IMG/VR virus record: IMGVR_UViG_3300028571_000013
Span: 1 to 64,000 of that record
Strand: one strand, 5' to 3'
DNA: 64,000 bases
DNA from: a virus
Under the pieces are notes generated by a model. It was not told the DNA's origin, did no database searches, and saw only the letters and a program-made list of their open reading frames with translations. Each line of letters begins with the position of its first letter. The stretch's first letter is position 1. The translations under genes were made by a program, and so were the position numbers. Below, one piece after another: positions 20,202 through 31,196 of this stretch.

Positions 20202-20561
20202 CTATGCAATTCCCACAAGATTGTCCCAATTCTTTTCGATGTAATCAGGATGTCCGCCAATTTTAGCTACTACGTTGGCGGCTTCTTCCGTTGGAACCAT
20301 TTCAATTGCATCCCAAGGACAAACCTTTAATTCATAGGGATTAGTTTTTTTGCCAGGAATATGAACGCAAACTTCACATCCAACACATCTGTCTAAATCA
20401 ATCTGGCACCAGCTTTGTAGATTATGAAACTTGTCATGTTGTTGAATTTTGATAATGCAGTCAACAGGACAAACTTCCAAACAAGCCTCGCATCCGGTGC
20501 AATTATCTGCATTAATAATTGCAAGCTCTTTTGGAAGTTTTTTTCTGGGAAGTTGTTTCAT
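20202..20561 (-). CDS. 4Fe-4S dicluster ferredoxin
   Basis: CTGCEACLEVCP and CVGCEVC..(insert)..CPWDAI; TATAAATA upstream at 20567-20574. Confidence 0.88.
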   Translation of the reverse strand: MKQLPRKKLPKELAIINADNCTGCEACLEVCPVDCIIKIQQHDKFHNLQSWCQIDLDRCVGCEVCVHIPGKKTNPYELKVCPWDAIEMVPTEEAANVVAKIGGHPDYIEKNWDNLVGIA

Positions 20562-20599
20562 ATAATTATTTATATCGGTTTAGTCTAAAAATTAAACAG

Positions 20600-21136
20600 C
20601 TATTTTACAAGAGTCCGCTTTTTTCTGAACCAGTCTGGTCTTAATTTACGGATAGTTTTGTTAAAATTTGGGCAGTAAGATGATCTAAGTTTATTTGTAT
20701 ATCTAGATAAAGTTATTCCTTCTTTTGTTTTCTGGCTCGGTTTAGCTTCGTCGTTTCTGGCAATTTGAATCAATTTTTGTTTTTTTTGATTAATCGCCTT
20801 TTTTTGAGATAAAAACCAATCAGGTCTAAGATCTCTGATTAATTTACTAAAAACTGGATCGTGTATCTGTGAAGATTTTTTTGTATAACTTACGAGTGAT
20901 TGTCCAATTTTTGTTTTCTGACTTGGCTTAGCCTCTCCATTATTTGCCATTCGGATTAATTCTTGTTTCTTTTGATTAGCAATTTGTGTTTGAGATAAAA
21001 ACCAATCAGGTCTAAGATCTCTGATTAATTTACTAAAAACTGGATCGTGTATCTGTGAAGATTTACTTATATAAGTACTAAGAGCCTGATATTCTTTTGT
21101 TTTATAATGTGGTTTATTTGCTCCGCTTTTCGCCAT
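20600..21136 (-). CDS. Tandem-repeat protein (three ~62-aa units ending LRPDWF)
   Basis: 76-bp exact DNA direct repeat at 20803-20878 and 20989-21064 (offset 186). Confidence 0.7.
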   Translation of the reverse strand: MAKSGANKPHYKTKEYQALSTYISKSSQIHDPVFSKLIRDLRPDWFLSQTQIANQKKQELIRMANNGEAKPSQKTKIGQSLVSYTKKSSQIHDPVFSKLIRDLRPDWFLSQKKAINQKKQKLIQIARNDEAKPSQKTKEGITLSRYTNKLRSSYCPNFNKTIRKLRPDWFRKKRTLVK

Positions 21137-21141
21137 CTCTA

Positions 21142-23896
21142 TTAATTTCTGCTTTTTATAAGCAACAGAAGATCACTTAGTTTTTGTAATGCTTCTAATC
21201 TTTTTTCTCTGAGAGTATATCCTTGATTCAATCCTGCCACAAATCCACACTCAAAATAATAATAATCGTTTTTGTTACCCTCGTTATCCATACTTATCCA
21301 AAGCTCTTTGGCTAAATGTCGGGCTTCGCTATAGTGTTGTCTCATCTTTTCTAAGAGTTCTTCACTAGGCATGAGTCACCACAATCTTTACCCCATCAAA
21401 TTCATGACGATCACAAGCATCGTGAATCCCACATGGATATGGTTTATTGATAACAACAAAATCAAAGTTAAAATCCCCACTCAACTTATGTTCTTTAGTC
21501 AAATGGTCAAATAAAATATCTTGAATATCTTGGACGCTAAGAGCAATTTCTTTCTTATTTTGAATTTTCATAATAGGTCATGTTCTTTAAGAGTTTGATA
21601 TAGATTTTTTACTTCTTTTTCATCCAGACGTAGTTCACTGGGATCAGTATTATTATATGAAAAAACCCTCACCAAGTAAGGTTTATTTTTCAAAAGCTCA
21701 TTATAATGAATCTCAACAAGATCATATTCAAGAATCAAAGTTCTCAGTAGAGTCATTATCAAAATCCAATAAATCAGGATTAATAAGGTCAATAATATAG
21801 TCTTTCGCCGCATCAAACATAATTTCACCGCCCACATCAACTAGAAGATCACTAAGATCAAATACTATTTTATCTGCCAGCTTACAAACTGCCATAAAAT
21901 CATTATGATCAAGATTTTGTAGTTCTTTTTTAAGGTTGACTTCCATTTTTATTCAAATATTAGGATTGTACAATGTGGTTGAAGTTAGAAAATAGTCAAT
22001 ACTATTAAAGTGTTTTTCGCCCCATTCTATTGCTTCCTCGCCGTCATCAAATGGTCCGAAATATTTTGTTTTTTCATTTGAATCAACAACAATTAGAACA
22101 AATTTCCAATCTTTTTCTAAAGTCTTTTCATCTTTGTTCATAGCATTCTTTCAATCTTTAATGGTTTATTTTCGATAATCTCAATAAGAACATCAGTAGA
22201 TTCATTCATACCATAAATAAATGCTGCTATAATTGGATCATCTGCTTCTCTACATTTAGCAAATACCGTACAAGTTTCCTTCATAGTTTTCAATACAGTA
22301 AGACAAGCTTCTTTATCTTCATTAGTCATTAAAATAACTCCCCATATCCATTCCACAAATCATAAATTCGTATACAAGCCATATATCCTAATATACCAAA
22401 CAATACAAGAGCAGTCATTAGAGATTCTCCCAATTTTTCTCGATAATATTAGCGGGCCGCTTTAATAATAGGATATTTGGAACTATTATTTCACGATTCG
22501 GTCTGGTTTAGTCTCCCGTAGGTAAGGATACGCCTTATCATCATGGAAAGTCCCATGCGACTCATTATAATCAATAATCATCATATTTAAAATAACATTC
22601 TTCACTACAAAACCAACCAAGCAAACTTTGAACACCACCCTTATGAATGGGGCATCTATAATCATTGGGAATTTTATAGGGAATCAACCCATCTTTGCCC
22701 CACTCTTGTTTTTCGCATGTATAGACCGCACCACCACACACCACACATTTCTCAATAGGAGCGGTAGGATCACAACATTCAAGTTTCATTAGTGTTTTTC
22801 CAAATACCCAAGAATAAACTTTACTACATCTTGTAGTTCATATCTATCAACAAACACAACATGATTATTGGTTTCGTCAGTAAATCCAGAAGCAAAATAA
22901 TTAAAAGAATTAGGAGTACCTTTGTACCATCCTTCACCTACCCATACTGGCTGAATATTCTTTTGATACTTTTCATATTCACTGATAATAATTTCTTGTA
23001 TAAAGTCCTTAGTAATGGCGTCCATTAATTATTCTCCTTCTCAAGCCTATTCTTTCTCAGATAATCAATAATACCATTGGCCGCATTATTTACACTGTCA
23101 TTAGTCATGTAATGAAGTCTGATAACATTAGTAACAGTATTCTTTTCATGGTCTGTTATCGAGGCTTTTATCATATTCAAATCACTATCCGAACCCCCAT
23201 ATTCCATCTCTATATAATTGGTTACTTTGATAGCATATCTCTTCCAGCCATTAGTATTTGATTTCTTTTTCATTTGTTAAATAGAATGGGTTCATTTACC
23301 ATAGAAGGCTATTTGATTAGCCCCTTGATGGGCCTTAATCCCACTAATATGACGTAAAATAATGTGAGCATTATTGATTTGGAAGCCCGGTTTATCCTGT
23401 TTTTGGTCAATATAATACTGGATCATAGAGGCTAAAAGCTCTAGTTCCTTATTGGTTAATTGAATCTGCTTATACATCTCAAAACCTCAAATTTCCCCCG
23501 TTTTATTACTATTTCTACCACTACTCATAGTACCAGTATACCAAACAAGTAACGCTGTGTCAAGTATCGGATAATGGGGGTTGACAACTTTATTCAAATC
23601 CTGTAGAATAGTCCTGTTAGCCTTAAATTTCACCACCGGCTAATGCAATAAGCGAATTTTAATCACTTTAGACGCAAAATAAGGTTTAATAGATAAGAAA
23701 AGCCTTAATCGGGGTTGATCTGGGAACTGGTATGTGTTATAATGGGGGTATTTGTCATGGTTGGAAGGTAAGAAAATAGAAAATATCTTACTGAAATCAT
23801 AGAAACTATAGTAACTAGCCCCACAAAAACCAGATTCTTAATGAAAGGGATGTGAAAATCTTCTTTTTTTGAAATTTTACTCATTATAGTCCTCAT
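21142..23896 (-). CDS. Cluster of about 12 small hypothetical ORFs (60-90 aa)
   Basis: Tightly packed co-oriented ORFs in the track; sigma70 promoter at ~23535-23563. Confidence 0.55.
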
Positions 23897-24077
23897 ACAA
23901 AAAATACTCTAAATACCAGATCAACAGTGATCGAATTATTATGCAGGAAAGAATGATATGTGGGCCAGGGCTTAGTGCCTCAAAGCGTGAATGAGTCATC
24001 GCTTGCGTCTAAGAATCAAATAAGGTAAAGTGGCTTTATCTCTTTATGGTAAAGTGGCTTTATCTCACGGGGACGAC

Positions 24078-24185
24078 ATGGCCGACTGGAAATTCTACGG
24101 ACGAAGGGAGCAGCTTGCGGATTTGGAGCGAATGCTCGACCGCAAACGCTGGTTCTTTGCCAAGGTCACGGGTCGTCGCCGATAG
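24078..24185 (+). pseudogene. 5' fragment of a bacterial P-loop ATPase gene (ATPase_2/archaeal-ATPase-like)
   Basis: MADWKFYGRREQLADLERMLDRKRWFFAKVTGRRR* stops just before the Walker A GKT; GC-rich island; preceded by 19-bp direct repeat ggtaaagtggctttatctc x2. Confidence 0.65.
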
Positions 24186-24436
24186 TACCTTGGGCCGGCC
24201 ATTAGCAATAAGTAATAATTCGGCGAATTTAGTGAAAACTATAAGCTATTAGGCTTTAAAACCCCTTATTCAAGCTCATACATATTTGCCCTAAACTTAA
24301 AATGACCATATTTTATTGACCCAGTAGAAGATAAGATACTATTGGGCGGACTATTACCATTAGGGATAGTGTTATTATGGCTACAAATAGTAATTCTGGT
24401 AGAAAAATGATGATTTTCTTACTATTTTAGTATTCT

Positions 24437-24651
24437 TCAAGATTCGTTATTCTCTGGAGGTTTTATGAAAAGATATCGTATATAATCAAAAAATCCTGTG
24501 GTCTTTGGTCGAATAGGTTCTGGTGGCAATGAAACTACCTGAGTCTCAACGGGTTTTTTGTGACTCTTTTAGCCGATTTCTTTTTGTCAGAAGATTTAGT
24601 ATTCTTAACAGGAGGCTTAACTTTTTTCTTACTAATTTTTTTGGGACTCAT
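24437..24651 (-). pseudogene. Lys-rich ORF with a frameshift in an A6 run
   Basis: MSPKKISKKK... continues in another frame after 24554-24559. Confidence 0.45.
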
Positions 24652-25523
24652 AATTACTTTCTTAGTGAACACTTGCCGTTCTTACAACCATTATGAACAA
24701 AAGTTTTAATTGGCTTAATGACTTTATTAGTAACAGTAGCAACAGGTTTATTTGATAGTATCTTACACTTACCATTTACACAATCATTAGCAAAAGTTTG
24801 TGCAGAAAGAAAGGTCAACATAATGATAAGAATATATTTCATAATTAAAATCCTTTTGTTAAAAGTAATCAATAGCCCGATATGTTTTCTCATGGTTTAT
24901 ACTATTAGAGGGGATAGTGATTGTCAATGATTTTCGATATTTAGAATCTGGTCTTGAATAGTTCCATCTGAGAATTGGGTAATATTAATATTTAATAGGG
25001 CGTTAGTTAAGCTTCCATTTTCCTTTGCATAACTATTAACTAAATTCTGTATTAGCTTACAAATATTTTCACAGGCTATATCTTTGTCTAACCTTATACC
25101 AATCATAAGACCTCTATTTTTCGCTGACTAAGTTCAACCGGGGCAAACCTATAGGATAAGCTAAGACAAGTGTTTTCTTATAGTTCATTAGTATAGAAAT
25201 CATATGTTGTAATGTATAGCTCATCATGAATAGATGTTTTTATCTCCGGCTTTTCGTCTTCAATATATTCTATTTCTTCAAAATCCTTTTCAAAGAATGA
25301 TATACATATGGATAATAATCCAAATCCTGATATTGAACCCAATATTAATGTTAAAATAACGCTCTCGTTCATCTTTGTTCCTCGTATCCTTATGATACTG
25401 AAAGGCTCTAAGATGACAAGAAACCAATCCTTATGTAAAACTCAAAGACCTCCACCATTCGCTGACTATGAGCAACTAACGCAACCTTATATGTTAAGGT
25501 AACACAAATAGTGTTAACCTAAT

Positions 25524-25832
25524 CTAGAATTTTGGTTTAATAGTTTCTGTTTGAGAAATAATAGTCAGTTCGTTATCGTCAAGTTTAGCAAAACAACTAT
25601 ATGATATCTTTCTACTATCAATACCATCTACTATATATTTAGTATAAACATTGATACGATATCGGTTATCCCACAGGTTGATCGCTCTGCACGTTATTAA
25701 GTTCTTGGGGCGACCGATAGTCTTCATTAAAAGATCGCACACCAGACCATCAGCCTCGATGCTCAAAGGGTCTTTTTTCATTGTCTCCTCCTGGTGCTTC
25801 TGCGGTTTGGTTTTTGTTTTATAAGAATTCAT
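25524..25832 (-). CDS. Hypothetical protein, homolog of 10077..10361
   Basis: Shared NRYRIN motif. Confidence 0.6.
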   Translation of the reverse strand: MNSYKTKTKPQKHQEETMKKDPLSIEADGLVCDLLMKTIGRPKNLITCRAINLWDNRYRINVYTKYIVDGIDSRKISYSCFAKLDDNELTIISQTETIKPKF

Positions 25833-27008
25833 CCTAATGGCCTTTTTGTTATAGAGTTTGTTGGCTTGACAACTTCAAATAGAGACATATAATTAGTGCA
25901 GGACCGGGGATGATATACTATACAATACACCCTTTTAGTCCCCAAGTAGTACCAGAACAAGAAGCAACACTATCATGGTTTTCCTCAAAAAATTTCTTGT
26001 TGACTAGAATAAGACTCACGATACAATAGATTAGACCCACTCTCTTGCTTCCTCGTAGTTTATTTTTATGAGAGATGGGTTTATTAGAGTAAGATAATAT
26101 AAATCAAAGATAAGACTGTAATCCATTTAAGTTCTCCCTTGCATAACTAACATGACCATGTCTACCATATTGGTATTATATCCGATGGGCGACTACTGGT
26201 CAATGAGTGGATATTACAGGACTAGACTATTAAATCAAACCATCTCAATCGGTAGTAATTATTGACTCTGGAAAATTACAAATAGCAATAGTTTTGATAT
26301 TATCTGTTAGATTCAAATCAGACATCTGATACCAGATATAGTCAATACAATTTTCATAAGGAATTTCATAAGGAACTAAAACCATCTGAGTATCCCAGGT
26401 ATTATCATTTTTAATACGATAATATTCAACATTTCTAAAGTCTCTTAGTGGCATATTTTATTTACTCTCATATAGTGTCATATAACATATTAAAATAATA
26501 CAGAAAAGGGAGACCATCATGAAAACATAAGTCATTTATTCCCCCTTAATTACTTCTTTGAGTTTTTTAGAGATACTATCAAAAGTTTTATGAACAGTTC
26601 CGGTAACAGTATAATCCTTCATATATGCTTTAACAGCATCTATTAGCTTCCATGCTTCTTGCTTTGTAATATCAATTTCCATTAGTTCTCCAGAATTAAG
26701 AATACATCAAAAGAAAAGTAATCCACAAGAATAGTATGGTTATATGCCAGAAGTTTCTTGGACTTTGCAAGAGTATCATAATACATCTCCCGTAAGGACA
26801 TATTATAATACACTAATCTTATTCAGAGTCAGGATAGATGGCTATACTAGAGTTGTCAAAACTTTGAAATAATCCGTCCACATCTTCTTCAGAGTAAGGA
26901 TAGATATCTGGTAGACCAAACATTTTTCTGTTTTTAATACTGTCGCTCAAGAGTTCCAGAGCATCTAGAATCATTTCCATATCATGTTTTTCAATAAAAT
27001 AGTTCATA

Positions 27009-27383
27009 TTAATTTTCCAGCAAAGAAGGATAAGTATCATTAATCTCAGCAATTAGAGCAACATTACTCATTTTGCTTTTTTCATCATAAATATAATCAG
27101 TAAGAAGACTTTTAATCTCACTATCAGTAAGCTCATTAATAATAAGCTCAACATAATCTTCAATCAAAGTTACTCTATTAGACTCATTAACAGTAATCAT
27201 TTAGTTCTCCAGAATATCAGGGTAGTAATCAGCAATCTGGTCTTCCAACATTTTATTAGTCAACCCACTCTTATTATCCCTCAACATATCATAAGCAAAA
27301 TTGTAAAGAGTATCAAAGTCCATGTCATCCAAAAGTCTACTGCAATAGACACTAGTAATATCTGGCCTATTATTATCGGTCAC
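27009..27383 (-). CDS. Two tandem paralogous small proteins (27009-27200, 27201-27383)
   Basis: Both end I.D.YP..LEN with the same helical pattern. Confidence 0.6.
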
Positions 27384-27906
27384 AATAATCTTTCCTTCTG
27401 CATCACAAGGGCTCCCGGTTTGGCCTGACTATGAGATTAGATAACAATATCTAACCTTCTTTATCTATTGAGAATTAGTCTCAACAATCATCATCTTTGT
27501 TACTATCGTTGTTACACTCTCTAGTATACCACACTCTAAGACTGTACGCAAGTGGTTGGCTCATAAGAACTTACAAACAGTGACTCATGTTATTATAGCC
27601 ACCATTCTCGCTGACTATCAGCAACGTCAGCAATCCGGCGGGATTAGGCGATACAAATTCGGGCTTGAAAAATATACAACCCATTATTATAATTCTATTA
27701 CTATTTTAACCTAAACCCTTGCCACCAAACACTTTACGTCCATATACAGTATATCGGTATCCTAACCCATTGACAACACACATCTTATGAGATTCTTTGA
27801 CTAAATTGACGTAAGTCGTTGGTACCAAATAACTTAGAGAAAATTCGGCCGGCCCGCCTTGTCGTAAGTCCTTTGCTGATAAGGGTTTACGTCAAGTGGC
27901 CTAGAA

Positions 27907-27943
27907 ATAAAAAGAACCGCCACCCATTGCTGAGTGGCGGCTC
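27907..27943 (-). terminator. Intrinsic terminator after the DUF932 gene
   Basis: gccgccactca-gcaa-tgggtggcggt followed by a T-run on the minus strand. Confidence 0.75.
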
Positions 27944-27968
27944 CCGTGTCAACCCCCATGACGAGGGA

Positions 27969-28925
27969 TTACAGTGCTTGGGCGAACTGCATAGCTTTTT
28001 CCAAAGCCTTGACATTGTCGTTCGCGTTCAGTCCGAACCACAGGCTGTCGAGCCGATTGTCTTCGGTGCGACCCTTGTGATAATTTAGATACTCATTATA
28101 TCCGTTCATTGCGGCCCACCATGTGCCTCTCACGCCCGTAGCACTCTGCTTCGGGCCTTCGACCAGATTCAAAATCTCGTCCATAATATTACGGGTACGA
28201 GTCTTGATCTGATCGTCCGGCGTACCGTCGATGTCGAGCATCACCTTGACATAGCGACGAACGTCGGCCTGATTGAAGTTCTTTGACGCGAGGAACCTGA
28301 ATTGCTCCGCAGTCGCTTCAAACTCCATGTTGATGTTGTCCATGATATCTCGCACATTTTCCAGATTGGTCTTGCTGGAACGTGTGTGACGAATCCGAAT
28401 CAGCTTGGAACCACTACTCTTGCTATGGGCCATTGCCATTGTGTTTGCACACACAACCCGAATCGGCGTATAGCCAACCCGGATAGCGGTCGTGCCATCG
28501 TGCGAGTTGCTGAGGAGAATAAACTTCCCAACCTCGTCACCCTTCACGATTTCGCTATTGCTCCGATTCAACTGGGCAAGCACCCACACCTTCTGACCAC
28601 TGTGGAGAGAACCCGCAGTATGCAGATTGCACTCACCAGCGTCGAGAAACGGCTGGAACCAATCGAATGCCTCGCTGTTTTGCAGGGGAGTATACCGTGG
28701 GCCGACAACGCCCAAAATGCTATCGTCAGTCTTTCGGTAGGTAGCACGAGCCGGGACGGGCTGGCCGTCAGTCGTGACCAAATCCTTCAAGCCGACTTCC
28801 CAATCCAAACCAGCAGCAGTGATTGCTTCCGAAATCGTGGGAGCTTGGTCGAGTTCATTACCCAGACCGTGCCACGGGGTCGCACCAACAAACATCATCT
28901 GTTCAACTGCATGAGCCATTTTCAT
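27969..28925 (-). CDS. DUF932 family phage/plasmid protein (TIGR03299-like)
   Basis: PWHGLG, AGLDWEV, Y.PLQN.EAF, TAGSL..G..VW.LA, NSHDG, TPIRVVCANT, GTWWAAMN. Confidence 0.88.
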   Translation of the reverse strand: MKMAHAVEQMMFVGATPWHGLGNELDQAPTISEAITAAGLDWEVGLKDLVTTDGQPVPARATYRKTDDSILGVVGPRYTPLQNSEAFDWFQPFLDAGECNLHTAGSLHSGQKVWVLAQLNRSNSEIVKGDEVGKFILLSNSHDGTTAIRVGYTPIRVVCANTMAMAHSKSSGSKLIRIRHTRSSKTNLENVRDIMDNINMEFEATAEQFRFLASKNFNQADVRRYVKVMLDIDGTPDDQIKTRTRNIMDEILNLVEGPKQSATGVRGTWWAAMNGYNEYLNYHKGRTEDNRLDSLWFGLNANDNVKALEKAMQFAQAL

Positions 28926-29072
28926 ATCCTCTTAGTGTTTTTCAATCGTTCCTATGCTAGCATTCTACAGTATGTTATCGTCACTGTCAAGCGAAAACTT
29001 TGGAAAAATTCTTTTCGTCGTAAGTGGTTGGTAGATAAGGACTTACGGCGACCGGGGCCGGGCGGCTTTGCC

Positions 29073-29564
29073 CTAAGTCCTTTGTGGAAAGGAGTTTAGA
29101 GCAGGGAAGCCGAAGTCCCGTTTAAAGAGCTTAGAGCCTTCTTTACCAAAATAATTACATTCATCTGGTAAGTAGAAGTAAGCTCCCACGCATATAGAGC
29201 GTGGACATTCATTGTGTAGAGTATTCTGAATTAGTTTTACAGTGGTTCCTGAACAAGTAAGATCATCAACAATAATATAATGATAAGGTGCTACTCCTTC
29301 TATATCAAAAACTGAATAACGTTTATCATCTGGTTTACGAACTACTACTATATGCTTATCTAGTACCTCAGCTATTTGTGGAACAACCATTAATCCACTA
29401 GTACCACAACAAGCAATGCTATCAAAATTATAGTTACGCAGGTCCTTCACTGCGTCCATAATAATCTTATTTCTATACTGATGATTCAGTATAATAGATG
29501 TGTGAGAGGAACCCTGAATTACTTTACCATCGTTAGTCTTTCTGTGGCTATCAATGGTAAACAT
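29073..29564 (-). CDS. Phosphoribosyltransferase-family protein
   Basis: PRPP-binding loop IIVDDLTCSGTT; VVVRK; stop codon lies inside repeat element 2. Confidence 0.8.
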   Translation of the reverse strand: MFTIDSHRKTNDGKVIQGSSHTSIILNHQYRNKIIMDAVKDLRNYNFDSIACCGTSGLMVVPQIAEVLDKHIVVVRKPDDKRYSVFDIEGVAPYHYIIVDDLTCSGTTVKLIQNTLHNECPRSICVGAYFYLPDECNYFGKEGSKLFKRDFGFPALNSFPQRT

Positions 29565-29568
29565 AAAA

Positions 29569-29649
29569 GTGGATGGTACGATTCGAACGTACAGCTAATT
29601 AAGAAAGAAATAAAGAATATATAGTCTAGACCCACCTAGAAGCATCCAC
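29569..29649 (-). ncRNA. tRNA-like element lacking a normal anticodon arm
   Basis: Acceptor GTGGATG/CATCCAC, T-arm GTACG-TTCGAAT-CGTAC, D-like stem TCTAG/CTAGA, U-rich stretch in place of the anticodon arm. Confidence 0.55.
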
Positions 29650-29653
29650 GATA

Positions 29654-29828
29654 TTAATCGTCATCATCTTCCGAAATTCCTGGATAATAATTCTTTCCAT
29701 AGGACGGAACTTCATCATCCTCTTCTGCATCTTGCATCCAAGGTTCTTCATCTATACCAAGATCCTCAGTATTCTCTTAAGAGATCGTCGTAGTTATAAT
29801 TATATCCATCATAATCTTCATATCGCAT
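29654..29828 (-). pseudogene. Highly acidic small protein, frameshifted
   Basis: MRYEDYDGYNYNYDDL / ENTEDLGIDEEPWMQDAEEDDEVPSYGKNYYPGISEDDDD; own promoter at 29851-29879. Confidence 0.55.
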
Positions 29829-29880
29829 AGCAAATCCTTTTCTTATCCCTATTCTACACTAACTAACAACAATTGTCAAG

Positions 29881-29953
29881 TGGGCCCTCGGGGACTCGAA
29901 CCCCGAACCTAAGAGTTAAAAGCTCCTTGCTCTGCCAATTGAGCTAAAGGCCC
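29881..29953 (-). tRNA. tRNA-Lys(TTT)
   Basis: Cloverleaf, anticodon loop CT-TTT-AA, GGTTCGAGTCC. Confidence 0.92.
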
Positions 29954-30421
29954 GCCGTATTATTCGGTTACGGTAATTTCTTCGTAGGAATAACTTTGAA
30001 TATTCTCAGTTGTAAAATCATATAGCTTATCGAATACATCAGCCCAATCAAAATCCTCTTGCATGGACAGTTGAATGTCGGCCAGAGTCTTACCATCCTC
30101 AGTCAAAATATCATAGATGCGAAGGTTCTTCATCGTCACTTTCCTTTCTTGTTCCAACAGTCTACCATACTCTTATTGGCTTGTCAAGGATTCAGAGTTG
30201 AAAAATTTTATTTTTCTAGTCCTATATAGTTAATAGGCTTAACTCTTTGACTCATAACAGGATAGCTATCACAAGATTCTTGTTCAGATGTCTTGTCTAT
30301 AAAATTAACATAATACCCATCGACATTAGTTCCAGTAATTCTTGCTCTGCTAGCAGAATATTCTGTAGTTTCTACCCATACCATATCGCCAACATCATGC
30401 CTAATATGAAACATTATTAAA

Positions 30422-30493
30422 TGACCCTATTGAGAATCGAACTCAAATCTACAGCGTGAAAGGCTGTCGTCCTAGCCGTTAGACTATAGGGCC
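30422..30493 (-). tRNA. tRNA-Glu(TTC)
   Basis: acagc-CT-TTC-AC-gctgt; AGTTCGATT. Confidence 0.9.
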
Positions 30494-30524
30494 AGCCATC
30501 ATAACCCAAACATCAGCCTCCGAG

Positions 30525-30600
30525 TAGGGCGTGTACGAGTCGAACGTACCTATGATCACCTTATAAGAGTGACGGATGCTACCGGCTTACCTTACGCCCC
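30525..30600 (-). tRNA. tRNA-Ile(TAT)
   Basis: tcact-CT-TAT-AA-ggtga; CGTTCGACTCG; atypical D arm. Confidence 0.8.
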
Positions 30601-30738
30601 GTGTTGTTCAATCATACTCTGTGTATCGACAAGAGTCAAGACCAACCTTTAAAAAATCCTAAGTCGTTATGGGGTAAGCACTTACGTCAAACGCGGCCCG
30701 CCACATTCGTTCTAAGTCCTTTCATACCAACAACTTAG

Positions 30739-30821
30739 TGGTAGATGCTGGGTTCGAACCAGCGAAGGCGATAGCCAGCAGATTTACAGTCTGCCCTCGT
30801 TGTCCACTTGAGTAATCTACC
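30739..30821 (-). tRNA. tRNA-Tyr(GTA)
   Basis: gcaga-CT-GTA-AA-tctgc, long variable arm. Confidence 0.92.
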
Positions 30822-30824
30822 TAA

Positions 30825-30911
30825 CGGAATACGAAAGAATCGAACTTTCACCGGGTTTATCCGGACAGCTTTAGCAAAGCTGCGTAACAAGCCAGTATTT
30901 ACCTGTATTCC
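30825..30911 (-). tRNA. tRNA-Ser(GCT)
   Basis: cagct-TT-GCT-AA-agctg, long variable arm. Confidence 0.85.
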
Positions 30912-30924
30912 ATTTTATTATAAG

Positions 30925-30996
30925 CTGTGAGGGTCAGAGTCGGACTGACATTGACCAAATTAACAGTTTGGGGCATTACCATTATGCTACCTCACA
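30925..30996 (-). tRNA. tRNA-Asn(GTT)
   Basis: ccaaa-CT-GTT-AA-tttgg; variant T loop GTCCGAC. Confidence 0.8.
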
Positions 30997-31001
30997 TCAA
31001 G

Positions 31002-31072
31002 TTCCGGGACTACGACTTGAACGTAGAAAAAAAGAATCAAAATCTTTTGTGATACCATTTCACCATCCCGGA
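31002..31072 (-). tRNA. tRNA-Gln(TTG)
   Basis: aaaga-TT-TTG-AT-tcttt; GTTCAAG. Confidence 0.85.
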
Positions 31073-31073
31073 G

Positions 31074-31146
31074 AGCTCCTGGCCGGGTACGATCCGGCGA
31101 CATTTAGTTCACAAAACTAACACTCTACCAACTGAGTTACAGGAGC
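31074..31146 (-). tRNA. tRNA-Thr(TGT)
   Basis: ttagt-TT-TGT-GA-actaa; variant T loop GATCGTA. Confidence 0.8.
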
Positions 31147-31196
31147 CTACTAACTATTATAATCAATACTCCCCACTATCGCAAGCCCGCCTATTT

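Noticed and set aside
25121-27618. Short TCGCTGACTA motif (25121, 25459, 27608)
   Set aside because: Only three short copies with no consistent position; cannot be separated from chance.
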